A stretch of 64,000 bases of DNA. Origin: an uncultured SAR86 cluster bacterium (GTDB lineage: Bacteria > Pseudomonadota > Gammaproteobacteria > Magnimaribacterales > AG-339-G14). The position numbers were made by a program, and so were the translations under genes. Location: assembly GCA_902635045.1 (NCBI GenBank), contig CACPMT010000004.1:34318-98317 (forward strand), given 5' to 3'. Shown in pieces: positions 56,592-64,000 of this stretch (positions are counted from its first letter, which is position 1; the number at the start of each line of letters is the position of its first letter). Below the pieces are notes generated by a model. That model ran no database searches. It worked only from the letters and a program-made list of their open reading frames with translations, and had not been told where the DNA came from.

Positions 56592-58217
56592 ATGGAAAAA
56601 AGTTTTGATTATGTAGTAGTTGGTGCAGGAAGTGCAGGTTGTGTCATGGCAAACAGACTTTCAGAAAATGGTAAAAATACCGTATTAATTTTAGAAGCTG
56701 GAGGCAAAGATAGGAATTTTTTCATTCATATGCCATCGGGCTATTCTCAAATCGTTCCAACTAAAAGTAACCTTAATTATGCTTTTGAAACTGAACCAGA
56801 ATCAACTACTAGTAATAGAAAACTTTATTGGCCAAGAGGTCGTGGCTGGGGTGGCTCCTCGTCAATAAATGCAATGATTTACATAAGGGGCCATGCGCAT
56901 GATTACGACTTGTGGAGACAAATGGGAAACAACGGCTGGTCTTATGATGATGTATTGCCATACTTCAAGAAAGCCGAATCTTTTAATGGTGATGGAGATA
57001 AAGACTACCACGGCTTTGATGGCCCACTAAATGTAAAAAAATCTGAAAGAACCGATGATGAATTATTAGATGTCTATGTTGAAGCTGGAAAACAAGCTGG
57101 TTTTCCAATAACTAAAGATTTTAATGGAGAAAATCAAGAAGGGTTTTCGAGGTATGAGCATACTATGCACGATACGAAATTAGGTCCTAGAAGATGGAGC
57201 TCTGCAAGAGCATACTTACATCCAGCTTTGAAAAGAAAAAATTTAAGCACAGAGATTAACGTTCAAGTGAATAAAATTTTATTCGAAGGCAAAAAAGCAA
57301 TCGGCGTAGAGTATCTTTACAAAGGAAAAATTTTAACTGTAAAAGCAAATAAAGAAGTTATTCTTTCTGCAGGAGCAATTAATTCTCCTCAAATTTTGAT
57401 GAATAGTGGTATTGGGGATTCTAAAGAACTTATGAAACATGGAATAGATTTGGTTCATGAATCAAAGGGTGTAGGAAAAAATTTGCAAGATCATTACGCA
57501 GTTGTGCATTCTTTTCATTGTACTAAACCTGTAACTCTTCATAGATCGGCAAGTTTTTTGAGAACTCAACTTTCAGGACTGCAATATTTACTGCTTGGGA
57601 CTGGAGACGCAGCCAATCCACCTTCGAGTGCTGGAGCCTTTTTTAAGTCAAGTCCTGAAAAAGATATTCCTGATACACAAATTCATTTTGCTTCTTACCA
57701 AACAGATGACCTTCATGGAAGAGAGGGCATAGGAGCTGAGCATGGCTTTAGTGCGGTCATTTGCATTTTAAGACCGCAAAGTAGGGGTCATTTGGAGCTT
57801 AAAAGCGCTGATCCAAGTGAACCGCCTTTAATGTATCCAAATTATCTTTCTGAAGAACAAGATATCATCGACACAAGAAATGCCTTTAGAGAATCAAGAA
57901 GAGTCTTTATGCAACCCGCATTTGATGATTATCGTGGAGAACAATCTAAACCCGGTCCTGACGTAAACGTTGATAATGATGACGAAGTTGATCAGTGGGT
58001 ACGAGACACGGGCGAAACTCTTTATCATCCAGTTGGCACTTGCAAAATGGGTAATGATGATATGGCAGTTGTTGATGACAACTTAAAAGTAAAAGGTGTT
58101 GATAATTTAAGAGTTGTTGATGCTTCAATAATGCCTACTTTAATAGGAGGTAATACTAACGCTCCTTCGATCATGATTGCTGAGAAAGCTGCAGATATTA
58201 TTAGACAATCCGTGTGA
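56592..58217 (+). CDS. GMC-family FAD oxidoreductase (choline/alcohol dehydrogenase-like)
   Basis: 541 aa. It has FDYVVVGAGSAGCV (FAD), GRGWGGSSSINAM and C-terminal HPVGTCKMG and GNTNAP blocks. The substrate is not inferable. Confidence 0.88.
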   Translation: MEKSFDYVVVGAGSAGCVMANRLSENGKNTVLILEAGGKDRNFFIHMPSGYSQIVPTKSNLNYAFETEPESTTSNRKLYWPRGRGWGGSSSINAMIYIRGHAHDYDLWRQMGNNGWSYDDVLPYFKKAESFNGDGDKDYHGFDGPLNVKKSERTDDELLDVYVEAGKQAGFPITKDFNGENQEGFSRYEHTMHDTKLGPRRWSSARAYLHPALKRKNLSTEINVQVNKILFEGKKAIGVEYLYKGKILTVKANKEVILSAGAINSPQILMNSGIGDSKELMKHGIDLVHESKGVGKNLQDHYAVVHSFHCTKPVTLHRSASFLRTQLSGLQYLLLGTGDAANPPSSAGAFFKSSPEKDIPDTQIHFASYQTDDLHGREGIGAEHGFSAVICILRPQSRGHLELKSADPSEPPLMYPNYLSEEQDIIDTRNAFRESRRVFMQPAFDDYRGEQSKPGPDVNVDNDDEVDQWVRDTGETLYHPVGTCKMGNDDMAVVDDNLKVKGVDNLRVVDASIMPTLIGGNTNAPSIMIAEKAADIIRQSV

Positions 58218-58238
58218 AAAACTTACAATTCCTCTTTC

Positions 58239-58329
58239 GGAGAGGTGGCTGAGTGGTTGAAAGCGCTCCCCTGCTAAGGGAGTATGTGGTAATCCTGCAT
58301 CGAGGGTTCGAATCCCTCCCTCTCCGCCA
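58239..58329 (+). tRNA. tRNA-Ser (GCU)
   Basis: The sequence is GGAGAGGTGGCTGAGTGGTTGAAAGCGCTCCCCTGCTAAGGGAG...GAGGGTTCGAATCCCTCCCTCTCCGCCA. It is 91 nt with a long variable arm, anticodon loop CTGCTAA and encoded CCA. Confidence 0.9.
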
Positions 58330-58364
58330 GGTATTAAAAATACTGTAAAATTGAGTTATACATT

Positions 58365-59339
58365 ATGAAAATATATTTAGTAATTATTTTGTTTTTGTCG
58401 AGCTTCAGTGCTGCTGAAAAGAATATCGAATCATACGAAGTTAAGATTATTGATGAATTTAAGATCAATAAATTATTGCCTGGAAAAATTACACCAAAAA
58501 GGCAATCCATACTTGGGTTTGAAATTTCTGGAAAATTGAAGAAAGTAGTTGTTGATATTGGTGATGAAGTTAACGCGGGAGATCTATTAGCAGAACTAGA
58601 AGATTCTGAAGCTTTGGCTAACTATAACGAAGCAAAAGCAAAACTTTCAATGTTCGAAAAAATCTTTGAAAGATCTTTATCTTTAAATAAAGATAATTTT
58701 ATCTCTGATCAGGAATTAGAAAGGGCTGAATCTAATTTTTTAGTTGCGCAAGCTCAATTTGATAAAGCTTTAATAAAATTTCAACAAACTAAAATTCTAG
58801 CTCCTTATGATGGCATTATACAAAATAGGTTTTTAGACGAAGGCTCTATAATTAATGCTAGCATCCCAATAGTAGAAATCCTTGATTCAAAATTTGTTGA
58901 AGCAAAAGTTTCTTTGCCAAAATCTTTAATTAATATATTAGATATTGGAAAAGAGTATGAATTTTTGATTGAAAATAAAGAATACAAAGCCAAATTAACC
59001 AGAATTGCTCCTATGTCAGAAAAAGGCACCAAAAATAAATTAGGATTATTCGAATTTAATGATTTTTTTAATCCTGGTGCAACTGCAAGATTAATTTTGA
59101 GTACTACTGAGTCAAAAAAAGGAGCTTGGGTTCCATTAAATTCTCTCTCTCAGTCAGAACAGGGACTTTGGAATCTATATACTGTTTCACCCAGTAATTT
59201 AGCTCAAAAAGACTACGTAGAGCTTATTCATATTGAAAATAATATGGCTTATGTTTCTGGAACAATTAAAGATGGAGATTTAGTTATCATTGGCGGAGCT
59301 TCTAAAGTAGCAGAAGGGCAAAATATAAATATTAATTAA
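58365..59339 (+). CDS. RND efflux periplasmic adaptor (HlyD/MFP family)
   Basis: 324 aa with a signal/anchor. It has a lipoyl-like hairpin (GDEVNAGDLLAELE ... ILAPYDGII) flanking a coiled coil. It is upstream of the RND pump with an ATG/TAA overlap. Confidence 0.8.
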   Translation: MKIYLVIILFLSSFSAAEKNIESYEVKIIDEFKINKLLPGKITPKRQSILGFEISGKLKKVVVDIGDEVNAGDLLAELEDSEALANYNEAKAKLSMFEKIFERSLSLNKDNFISDQELERAESNFLVAQAQFDKALIKFQQTKILAPYDGIIQNRFLDEGSIINASIPIVEILDSKFVEAKVSLPKSLINILDIGKEYEFLIENKEYKAKLTRIAPMSEKGTKNKLGLFEFNDFFNPGATARLILSTTESKKGAWVPLNSLSQSEQGLWNLYTVSPSNLAQKDYVELIHIENNMAYVSGTIKDGDLVIIGGASKVAEGQNININ

Positions 59340-62300
59340 TGAAAAAAATAGTTGATTTATATTTAGATCGACCAAAAATCTTTCTTCTTTTTTTGTTATT
59401 TGTTGTGGTTGGAGGACTTTTATCCTTTGATTCATTACCAAGACAAGAAAATCCTCAATTGGCTGAAAGGTGGGGCGACATCACAGCTGTTTTACCTGGC
59501 GCTTCACCTGAGCGAATAGAAACTCAAATTTCGGATATCTTAGAAACAGAACTCAGAGAGATTGATGAAATAAAAATATTAAGTTCAAACTCGTCTACCG
59601 GAGTTGGACTAGTAGGAATCGAGCTCAAAGAAACCGTTAGCAAATCTCAAACAGATGAAGTTTGGTCAAAAATAGAAAATAAATTAAGAGAAACTTCTAA
59701 TTTAGTTCCAGAAGGTACAAGGATTGGCCTCAATCATAGTGGACCTCCCACAACTCTTCTTTTTGCTCTTCAGTGGCTTGGAGATGGTGAACCTCAGATG
59801 ATTATTCTCTCTCGATTAGCAAGTCAACTGAAAAGAAAGTTAGCAAATATCTCTAATTCAGAAAAATCTATAATTTATGGTGACACTAAAGAGGAAATTT
59901 ATATTGGAGCAGATTTAGATTTATTAGCAGATGCTGGAATGAATATTCAGGATATAGCTAATGCAGTAAATCAATACGATAGTAAACAAGCTGTAGGAAA
60001 CATAACTGGTGCAAAATCAGAATTTAGAATTCAAGCTCAGGATAATATATCTTTAGTAAATGATCTAAAAAAACTACCTTTAAAAATAATAGGAGACTTC
60101 CAAGCCTTGAGGCTGGAAGACGTTGCAACAGTTAATAAACTGCCGGTGGATCCTCCTATAGAATTCGTTGAATTCAATGGCATTCCTTCCGTTTTTGTTG
60201 AAGTGAGAGGAATTTTCTCTCAAAGAACTGATTTGTATTCTGGCTCAGTTTTAAAAATCATCGACGAATTTAAAAGAGAATTACCAGAAGAAATAGGACT
60301 AGAGTTAGTTTTTAATGAGGCAGATTTTGTTGAAGAAAAATTTTCTTTTTTACTGCAAAGTATTTTAATTGCGACGTTTTTAGTTTTAGCCTTAAGTTAT
60401 ATTTCACTTGGTCCAAGATCGGCAATAATAGTCAGTGCGGTTGTTCCTCTTACAATTCTTCTTGTTTTAGTGTTATGTAGTATTTTTAGTATTCCACTTC
60501 ATACCACCTCTGTTACGGGGATTATTTTATCTCTTGGATTGTTAATTGATAACTCCATCATCGTAGTTGAAGATTATAAATTTAGAAAAAGTAAAAATTT
60601 AATAAATCGTGAGGCAATATATGCCTCAATAAGACATTTATCTTTACCCCTGCTAGCTGCAACTGTTACTACTGGCCTTGCATTTATGCCTATGGCGGCA
60701 GGGAAGGGAGCAAGCCCTGAATTTGTCGGAGATATGGCAATTACAATTATTTTTGCTGTTTCTTCTTCATTATTATTAGCTTTAACAGTGGTGCCTGTTT
60801 TATTAAAAATAATGGAAGAGAAAAATTTCTTAAATTTAAATAATTCAAAAAACACAGGCTTTAGTAATGAGAAAATATATAAGAATTATGAGAGTTTCTT
60901 GAAATGGAGCTTTCATAAACCTTTTAGAGCATTCGTTCTTGCTTTAATACTTCCTCTGATAGGATTTATTTCTTTCAATTTTCTTGATACTGATTTTTTT
61001 CCTAATCAAGGAAAAACAATGTTTAAGGTTGAAGTGGAGTTAGATAAAAATGCTTCTATTTTCGCTACGAAAGAAAGAGTAAAAAGTATTAGAGATCAAG
61101 TTTTAATGGAAGACTACATAGAGTCTGATATGTGGTGGATTGGAAGGAGACTGCCTAGACTTTTATACAATGTGATTGGAGGTTCTTCTGGAGAAGGCTC
61201 AGATAACCTTGCTACAGGTGTCTATTTTACGAACTCATATTCTGAAATGGATAGAGGCTTGGAAGATTTGGCTAAAAACTTAGAAAAAGATCATGCTGAT
61301 GTAAGAATTAGAGTAAGTAAATTTACTAATGGGCCACCGGTAGAATTCCCTGTACAGGTAGCTATTTTTGGAGACGATAATCAAGTATTGAAAATTTTAG
61401 GAGAAAGGCTTAAAGCAATAATTTCCAAGTCTCCGCAAGTGAGTGATGTTTTTGCCGATCAATCTGCAGGTATTACTGGATTAGAACTGAAGTTAGATGA
61501 AATAGATTTAGCCTTTTCTTCAAAGTCTTCAAGAGAAATCTTAAATGAAATTTCATCTTCAACAAGAGGAATGTACATAAGCTCTATGTTGGATGGCAAT
61601 AAAGAAATTCCAATTAGGATAAAAAATAACAATATTGAGTCAAAAGAGATAAATCAAACTTCTCTATTAGCGATACCTGGGAGAAACGGATACGAATATG
61701 TGGAAAATTTTTCAGATATTGAATTTAAAAGTGAAATTAATCAAATTAATAGATATCAAGGATCGAGATTGAATTCTGTTAAAGCAGCAGTTTATCCAGG
61801 TCGCCTAGCATCTATGGTTTTAAAAGACGTTGAGGAAGAATTAAAAGTTTTCGAAGATTCTCTGCCTGCTGGTTATTCAATGCGACAGTTTGGAGATGCA
61901 GATGAAAGAGCAAGATCTTTCGGACAATTATTCAGTACTTTTTTCTTATTCCTAGGCTTGATAATCCTTACTTTGGTAATGATTTTAAATAGTTTTCTAC
62001 AAGCTGGTGTAATTTTATTGGTCGGTTTTCTTTGTGTAGGTTTGGGGTTTTTGGGAATGTTTCTAGGTTTTCAAAATTTTGGATTTATAGGATTGGTGGG
62101 AATAGTTGGTTTAGCAGGGCTGGCAATTAATGATGCAATAGTAGTTTTATCTCATTTAAATGAAGAGGCTACTGATGGTAAATTATCAAAAGACGAGTTA
62201 ATTACCACCACCATAAGATCAACAAGACATATAGTTACTACTTCCATTACCACTGTCGGCGGTTTATTTCCTCTTCTGTTCGATACTTTTTTTGAGACTT

Positions 62301-62398
62301 TAGCGTGGGCAATGTGTTTTGGTGTGATTGGTTCCGCTCTGATTGCGCTTTTACTTATTCCCTCTATGTACTGTTTTTTAGGGCGAGTAGAAGTTTAA
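59339..62398 (+). CDS. RND-superfamily efflux transporter (AcrB/AcrD/AcrF family)
   Basis: 1019 aa with a 12-TM layout, two large periplasmic loops, and GLLIDNSIIVVE and GLAINDAIVVL TM4/TM10 blocks. Confidence 0.9.
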   Translation: MKKIVDLYLDRPKIFLLFLLFVVVGGLLSFDSLPRQENPQLAERWGDITAVLPGASPERIETQISDILETELREIDEIKILSSNSSTGVGLVGIELKETVSKSQTDEVWSKIENKLRETSNLVPEGTRIGLNHSGPPTTLLFALQWLGDGEPQMIILSRLASQLKRKLANISNSEKSIIYGDTKEEIYIGADLDLLADAGMNIQDIANAVNQYDSKQAVGNITGAKSEFRIQAQDNISLVNDLKKLPLKIIGDFQALRLEDVATVNKLPVDPPIEFVEFNGIPSVFVEVRGIFSQRTDLYSGSVLKIIDEFKRELPEEIGLELVFNEADFVEEKFSFLLQSILIATFLVLALSYISLGPRSAIIVSAVVPLTILLVLVLCSIFSIPLHTTSVTGIILSLGLLIDNSIIVVEDYKFRKSKNLINREAIYASIRHLSLPLLAATVTTGLAFMPMAAGKGASPEFVGDMAITIIFAVSSSLLLALTVVPVLLKIMEEKNFLNLNNSKNTGFSNEKIYKNYESFLKWSFHKPFRAFVLALILPLIGFISFNFLDTDFFPNQGKTMFKVEVELDKNASIFATKERVKSIRDQVLMEDYIESDMWWIGRRLPRLLYNVIGGSSGEGSDNLATGVYFTNSYSEMDRGLEDLAKNLEKDHADVRIRVSKFTNGPPVEFPVQVAIFGDDNQVLKILGERLKAIISKSPQVSDVFADQSAGITGLELKLDEIDLAFSSKSSREILNEISSSTRGMYISSMLDGNKEIPIRIKNNNIESKEINQTSLLAIPGRNGYEYVENFSDIEFKSEINQINRYQGSRLNSVKAAVYPGRLASMVLKDVEEELKVFEDSLPAGYSMRQFGDADERARSFGQLFSTFFLFLGLIILTLVMILNSFLQAGVILLVGFLCVGLGFLGMFLGFQNFGFIGLVGIVGLAGLAINDAIVVLSHLNEEATDGKLSKDELITTTIRSTRHIVTTSITTVGGLFPLLFDTFFETLAWAMCFGVIGSALIALLLIPSMYCFLGRVEV

Positions 62399-62399
62399 A

Positions 62400-63878
62400 T
62401 TAAAAATTATATTCAGTTATTATGCCTAATATGTTTCTATCTAAATTTGAATCTAAAAATGGTAGTTTTTTGTCAGTTAAGGATAGAATTAATTCCATCG
62501 ATAATTTTTTTGAAAATTGAGTTTTATATTTAGTTTTTAAGCCGTAAAAAGGCTTTCCAGATGAACCCCAAACACTTACCCCACTTTGATCAACATTTGG
62601 CTCTGCATAAAATAAATCCAGTTTAAAATGAGCATTATCACTAACTTCCTTTAAGAAAGATAATTGTGAATACTTGGAATCAGCATCTATAAAAGCCCCT
62701 ATTGGCAATCCCCTATACCTATATCCAGATAGATAAATACCATGTGCATATGTAATGTTATATTTTTCATAAGCAAAATGATCTTCAGTAGATGTTTTAG
62801 AAATTTCTAGAACGATTGAATTTAATAAATCATTTTTAAAAAATTTAAATTCTGTTCCCAGAGTAGATATATAGGATGATATTAGGCTTGTAGTGCTGGT
62901 ATCAGAATCTTCTCCAATTCGTTGAAAGTAAATAGAAGCAATATTTTGATTAAATTTTATATCATACTTAATGTCATAACCTCCCAACTGATTTGACAAA
63001 TTTGTTCCAATATATTTTCCTCCAACTCTTTGATATTCTCCTGATCCTCCTCCTGCTTCAAAAAAAGCTTTATAAAAGGAGTTAAAACTTTCACTTTTGC
63101 CTTCTCCTCCCATCATTATAGTTCTTGAAAGGCCTAAATAAAGATTATCTAACGGATTAAAAGTAACTCTTGTACCCACTAGAAAAGGATTTGGAATATG
63201 TCTATTTTTTTCAAGCCTGTTTATAAAAAGAGCAAAATCAATTTTACCCAACGGCGCTAAAAATCTATTTGAAAAATCAAACCCTTTTAAAGTATTTATG
63301 AACAATCCTAAAGGAGGTTTGGCATAGTTTGAAAGAATCAAATTATTATTATGAGTGGGCCCCCACCAACGATCAATAAATCCAATCCCAAAAATTAAAT
63401 TCCATTTTGAAAATGAGATATGAGATCCATTATAAATAATTTTTTTTTCGTCATAAGAATCTTCGATAAAATGAAGGTTTAGGTTTAAGGAAAAATTTTT
63501 GTTTGTATAACTATTTTTAAGAACAATAGAATTTTTGCTGGTCCAATTATCATCTGAATTTTTGATCATTAAATCATCAGAAAAGGCGTTCAAAGAAATA
63601 GATGAATTAAACCTTTCAGTTTTTTTAAAAAATTTGTCAACGAGGGAGTTTAATTCAATTTTATCGCTTAAAAACGAGGCTTCGTAAATTGTAGAATTTT
63701 TTAAAGAATTTAAATTTAAAGGATAGGTTGTTGTTCTAATATTAATATTTTTTTTTGCAGAATAAAGTTCAAGTTTTTTTATCTTTAATTCATCTTTTGG
63801 TTCAATCCAAATATTAGATAAATAATAATTTGAAAAAAGTATTATTATTAGTAATAAGAAATTTTTAAACTTTAACAT
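62400..63878 (-). CDS. wzi: Capsule-assembly outer-membrane protein, Wzi family
   Basis: 492 aa with a signal peptide. Several blocks parallel E. coli Wzi as I recall it. RWWGPTHNNNLILS matches QWWGPGYEGSLIR, and VGTRVTFNPLDNLYLGLSRTIMMGGEG matches IGGRFTFSPIQSLELGASRIMQWGGKG. Also IGEDSD matches IGEDES, and YAHGIYLSGYRYRGLPIG matches YTHHIYKDGYYQQGYPLG. Confidence 0.75.
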   Translation of the reverse strand: MLKFKNFLLLIIILFSNYYLSNIWIEPKDELKIKKLELYSAKKNINIRTTTYPLNLNSLKNSTIYEASFLSDKIELNSLVDKFFKKTERFNSSISLNAFSDDLMIKNSDDNWTSKNSIVLKNSYTNKNFSLNLNLHFIEDSYDEKKIIYNGSHISFSKWNLIFGIGFIDRWWGPTHNNNLILSNYAKPPLGLFINTLKGFDFSNRFLAPLGKIDFALFINRLEKNRHIPNPFLVGTRVTFNPLDNLYLGLSRTIMMGGEGKSESFNSFYKAFFEAGGGSGEYQRVGGKYIGTNLSNQLGGYDIKYDIKFNQNIASIYFQRIGEDSDTSTTSLISSYISTLGTEFKFFKNDLLNSIVLEISKTSTEDHFAYEKYNITYAHGIYLSGYRYRGLPIGAFIDADSKYSQLSFLKEVSDNAHFKLDLFYAEPNVDQSGVSVWGSSGKPFYGLKTKYKTQFSKKLSMELILSLTDKKLPFLDSNLDRNILGIITEYNF

Positions 63879-63931
63879 TTTGAAATAATTATACTGAGGG
63901 AAGTATAATGTATATGAAATATTAAAACTTT

Positions 63932-64000
63932 ATGAAAAAAATCCTTATTTTCTCATTGCTGATCATTATACCACTTGCCTTTGCTGGCTATTTTTCTTTG
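63932..64000 (+). CDS. Start of an exported or membrane protein (truncated by the window end)
   Basis: The ATG at 63932 gives MKKILIFSLLIIIPLAFAGYFSL, which is signal-peptide-like. Only 23 codons are visible. Confidence 0.3.
   Translation, partial: MKKILIFSLLIIIPLAFAGYFSL

Noticed and set aside
53796-58329. Apparent absence of csrA between lysC and tRNA-Ser, relative to the alaS-lysC-csrA-tRNA-Ser synteny I recall from Pseudomonas-type genomes
   Set aside because: I am not certain that synteny is expected for this lineage, and csrA may lie elsewhere. I saw no ~60-aa CsrA-like ORF in 55013..58239, but that absence is not informative by itself.
1-64000. I looked for CRISPR arrays, IS elements or transposases, prophage genes, rRNA, and toxin-antitoxin or restriction-modification pairs
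   Set aside because: I saw no regularly spaced repeat-spacer arrays, no transposase, integrase or phage-like ORFs, and no rRNA-like sequence. The only repeats found are the intragenic duplication and the short phased heptamers reported above. This was a visual scan, not an exhaustive repeat search.

Overview
This is an AT-rich, very gene-dense chromosomal segment whose conserved blocks look gammaproteobacterial: purB-mnmA, clpS-clpA/infA, lpxH-ppiB/cysS, uvrB, purL and alaS-lysC. The composition, the compaction and the abundance of TonB-dependent receptors suggest a streamlined marine lineage, but that is inference only. Most of the window is housekeeping genes packed with 0-10 nt gaps or short overlaps.

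The exception is about 5.8-24.6 kb. It has long intergenic regions, the only three clear hairpin terminators I could see in the window, and a consistent phosphorus theme. It contains:
- a SixA-like phosphatase, phoB-phoR, and a Ppx/GppA-PPK2 pair;
- a small secreted Cys protein;
- an operon of a 982-aa internally duplicated lipoprotein plus a TonB-dependent receptor;
- a MIP-channel/ArsC arsenic pair;
- a second TonB-dependent receptor with a beta-propeller phytase;
- a PiT phosphate transporter.

Six arrays of TGTAACA/TGTCA-type heptamers phased at 11 bp (Pho-box-like) sit in front of these units. One more sits in front of the adjacent type II secretion operon (gspC-D-E-F-G-I-J-K-L-M-N, with no gspH and a divergent prepilin peptidase).

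The most interesting candidate for an undescribed system is the Pho-box-fronted lipoprotein/TonB-receptor operon at 11.2-16.8 kb. I cannot assign the lipoprotein to any characterised family.

Two tRNAs are present: Asn-GUU and Ser-GCU. I saw no rRNA, CRISPR array, transposase, integrase or phage genes. All calls come from reading the translations and the DNA by eye; no searches were run.
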